Part shown: positions 1-64,000 of the stretch, in pieces
Numbering within the stretch: the first letter of the stretch is position 1
How the letters are laid out: each line of letters starts with the position of its first letter
Assembly: GCA_951406725.2 (NCBI GenBank)
Contig: OX597816.1
Span: forward strand, 14,632,001 to 14,696,000
Direction of reading: 5' to 3'
DNA length: 64,000 nucleotides
From: Octopus vulgaris
Lineage: Eukaryota
The notes under the pieces: model-generated
Told to the model about the DNA's origin: nothing
The model's database searches: none
The model's input: the letters and a program-made list of their open reading frames with translations, nothing else
Made by a program: the position numbers and the translations under genes

Positions 1-59
1 TGCGTGCGTGTGTGTGTGTGCGTGCGTATGTGCGTGCGTGTATGTGTGTGTGTGCGTGC

Positions 60-106
<47 letters not shown>

Positions 107-122
107 CGTGTGTGTGTGTGTG

Positions 123-446
123 AAGGCACGCGGCTTAATGGTTAGGGTGTGCGGCTCACAATCGTAAGGTTGTGAATTCGATTCCCAGCGGCGCGCAATG
201 TCCTTGAACAAGACACTTTATTTCACGTTGCTCCGGACCACTCATCTGATAAAAATTAACACTACCTGTATATTCAAAGGGCCAGCCTTGTCACACTCTT
301 TGTCATCCAGGACCTTCTTGAGAACTACGTTAAGGGTTCGTGTGTCTGTGGAGTACTCAGCCACTTGCACGTTAATTTCCCGACGAGGTTGCTCTGTTCA
401 TCGGATCGACTGGAACACTCGTCGTCGCTAACCGACGGAGTGTCGG
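123..446 (+). mobile_element. SINE family B (tRNA head, CORE-like TCCTTGAACAAGACACTT)
   Basis: GGCTTAATGGTTAGG A-box, GAATTCGATTCC B-box; similar copies near 4080, 12570, 15107, 24370, 46840, 54520 and 56744. Confidence 0.8.
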
Positions 447-540
447 TTTTGATTTAGTTTGGGATCTAATTAAATCTTCCCTTTCTTCCAAATTTCTGAC
501 CAATTATTTTCATGTTTTTTTCTTTTCTTTATTTATTTAG

Positions 541-61320
<60,780 letters not shown>

Positions 61321-63400
61321 AAACACCTGAATAGCTTACATAGAGAACTCTTATTTTTAGTCGTGGAAACATCAGGCGTGAAGATTCTGTAATGGTACCA
61401 GAAATAACGGCTATATTTCTGGCAGAACCACAACTGAATGAAAGAAGAAGGGTAAAACAAACAAATTTTAAAAATGCCCGATTGAATTAACATCCTCTTA
61501 AAGAAAGAGAGAAGAAAGAGAGGGTGTAGGAAATTAAAATGAAATTCCACGTAGGAATTAGCCAGTGGAGAATATTAAAGTCATCTTTAGTTTTATACTA
61601 ATTCTCATACATTATGATCGAATTAAAATCTCACATGTTCCCATCCCAAGCGTAGAATATTTGTCAGCCATGTATGTTGTTGGTGTTTGAAGATTTGGTT
61701 ATTTTTCTCATTAGGAGTTTGCTGGTGTTTATTTTGTGTCGGTTGTGAAGTTATCTGGTGTTTATTTATAATAGGAGTCATAACGTTTGGTTAATCTGTT
61801 TCAAAGTGTTTGAATTTGAATGTTTTGTAAAAATTATAGACGAAATATTCAAACGAATCTTCATAAATATATTTTTCATTCAAAGATAGAAGATAGGTAA
61901 ACAATCACAACGATAATTTAGTGGCAAATAAATGTATTTTAAAGACAGTTTTTGTGCGCTATAGGAAATTCTTTATGTTTCACTAATTCGTCCCGACAGT
62001 TATTAACGTAAACATTCTTAGTTTTATGCTATCTTAAATTAACTTCAGCCATATATTTACACGCATTCATACACGCACGCATACACACATACACTCCACA
62101 CGTACACACTCATGCGATCGATGCGTGTGTATGTTAATTTCTTTTTATATATATATATAACTGAACCATCATTCCATTAATATATAGTTGTATTTCCAGA
62201 ACGAAGAGAATAAAGAAACAAGAATATATTAAAGAGAAAACAAAAATAATGAATATAAGAAGAAAGATATATTTTACAATAACTACAGCTATAATACACA
62301 TACACACCCTCACCAAAAGATCTTAACTCCGCGAAAGCCATTGTTTTAAAATCAGAGAGCGTCTTCTTGACAATTCGTCCATTCCAAGACAAACATGTCA
62401 GTGTCTTTATTTATTTATTTATATATCTATCTATTTATTTATTTATTCTTTAAACTCGTCCACGTCAAAAACATTGACCTTTCGAAGCTCACACAAAGAA
62501 AGGAATGAATCGGGTTACGACTTTCGTTTGAAAGCTCTCTAGAAATTCGTACATACACTGGGAAATAAAAAGCATTTTGGAAAGAAGCCTGCCGAACACA
62601 TGTCAGTCTAACCCATCAAACCTACTGAAAAAACATTTCATAAAACGTGCATTATATTATCACATTTTCTTTTTAAAATTACTTTTTTAATTAAATTCTA
62701 CAAAATGATTTTAATTCAATGGCTAAAAACAATCAGCTTTTTCGCGTTCGCGTTTGATTGTTGATCATCGATCTTTTTACCATCCCAGGTTAAGATTTTA
62801 GAATTATTCCATAGTGATTTGATCACTCTAACTATTATTATCGATACTCTAATCATCCTCACTGTCACACTCTCAATATTATCGCCAATATTATCAACAT
62901 TATTTTCGTCAACATCTGTAACATTCTTATCGCATATACACCATACAGAAACGGGACGTTAGCTAGATTGTTGACCAATCTCCTTTCTACGAAATTTATC
63001 CTTCGGGAAGAGGGAAGAGCATATTTAACAGAAAGAATTAACACTAATTGAATTAAGACAATAATAATAATAATTAATAATTAATAATTTAAATATCAGT
63101 AAATAGGAATAGAAGCAAAAAAAATTAATACCGACATTTTTTGTGCAGATCTTTTAAAAACTGCATTATTCTGTATTTTAAGACTATTTTCTATTCATGT
63201 CTGGGATGATGGAAACAGAATAGGACAACCAATCAAGAAGTGAAACCGAGATCTTTCTGTTGGTGTCACATATAACACTACGCGCTCTTTTTGTGCGTGG
63301 TGGGCATGGTATCTTTACAAAATTAACATCGTTAATCTTAGTTTAAGAGATAAGAATGTAAGATTGACATAGAGTTTTTTTTTAATATAATGGAATGGAT
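61321..63400 (+). other. Probable 3' UTR (end not defined)
   Basis: About 2 kb after the stop with no recognisable SINEs, unlike the introns; AATAAA at 61927, 62209 and 62564. Confidence 0.45.
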
Positions 63401-63851
63401 GCAACGACCATTTTTCTTGGGATTGGTCGCTCAAACACACACACATATATTTCTTTTTATATATGTGTGTGTATATGCAAATATATATGTATGTATGTAT
63501 GTATGTTTGTGTATTTATGGATAAATATATGGGGTAATGGGTGACTGTATATACGCATGTATGTATGTATGTATGTATGTATGTATGTATGTATGTATAG
63601 AAATCTCGACCAGTGTTGGCAAGTTAGTCTTCGACATATCGTTATCATTTCTATCAATATTTTTTAAACGCTCGCATTATAAATCCGATCTGAAAATTCA
63701 ATATTTATATTTTTTTATTCAATACTATTTATCTATCGATTTTTTACATCCATTATTGTACCATAATTTAAAAGAGATAACAGTCGTAAGCAGACATGGG
63801 AACATGGAGATTATTAGTTTCCGTAAATTATACAAATGCAACCTATATATA

Positions 63852-63912
<61 letters not shown>

Positions 63913-64000
63913 TATACGGCATAATGCAGGATAAAGGAAGGGGAAAGGGGGAAAAGTGAGAGATAGAAAGTAAGAGAATACAGATATAAATTGTGTAAGA

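Overview
AT-rich, microsatellite-saturated animal genomic DNA. The SINE and microsatellite make-up looks like an octopus (coleoid cephalopod), which is an inference. One large + strand gene spans the window. I traced 17 coding exons by GT-AG boundaries and frame continuity (541 to stop at 61320, about 1,480 aa; the 5' part lies upstream). It encodes a long coiled-coil protein with a SOGA/MTCL (DUF4482)-like segment, a Ser/Thr-rich tail and a C-terminal -ETPV PDZ-type motif. The introns hold three tRNA-type SINE families, fragments of CR1-, RTE- and R4/Dong-like LINEs, a Penelope-like element, several MITEs, and long (TA)n, (CATA)n, (TG)n and (AGT)n arrays. Most ORFs in the supplied track are microsatellite artefacts. 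The main unexplained signal is a set of type I minimal hammerhead-ribozyme motifs of several unrelated sequence types, each with a different palindromic stem III. They sit in short islands or fold-back hairpins inserted in or beside (TA)n tracts, and one core-intact copy is sense to the host pre-mRNA. Also notable: an RTE insertion whose 5' end copies about 40 nt of nearby host intron, a mariner fold-back that captured LINE sequence, duplicated exons, and a 24-nt microexon.
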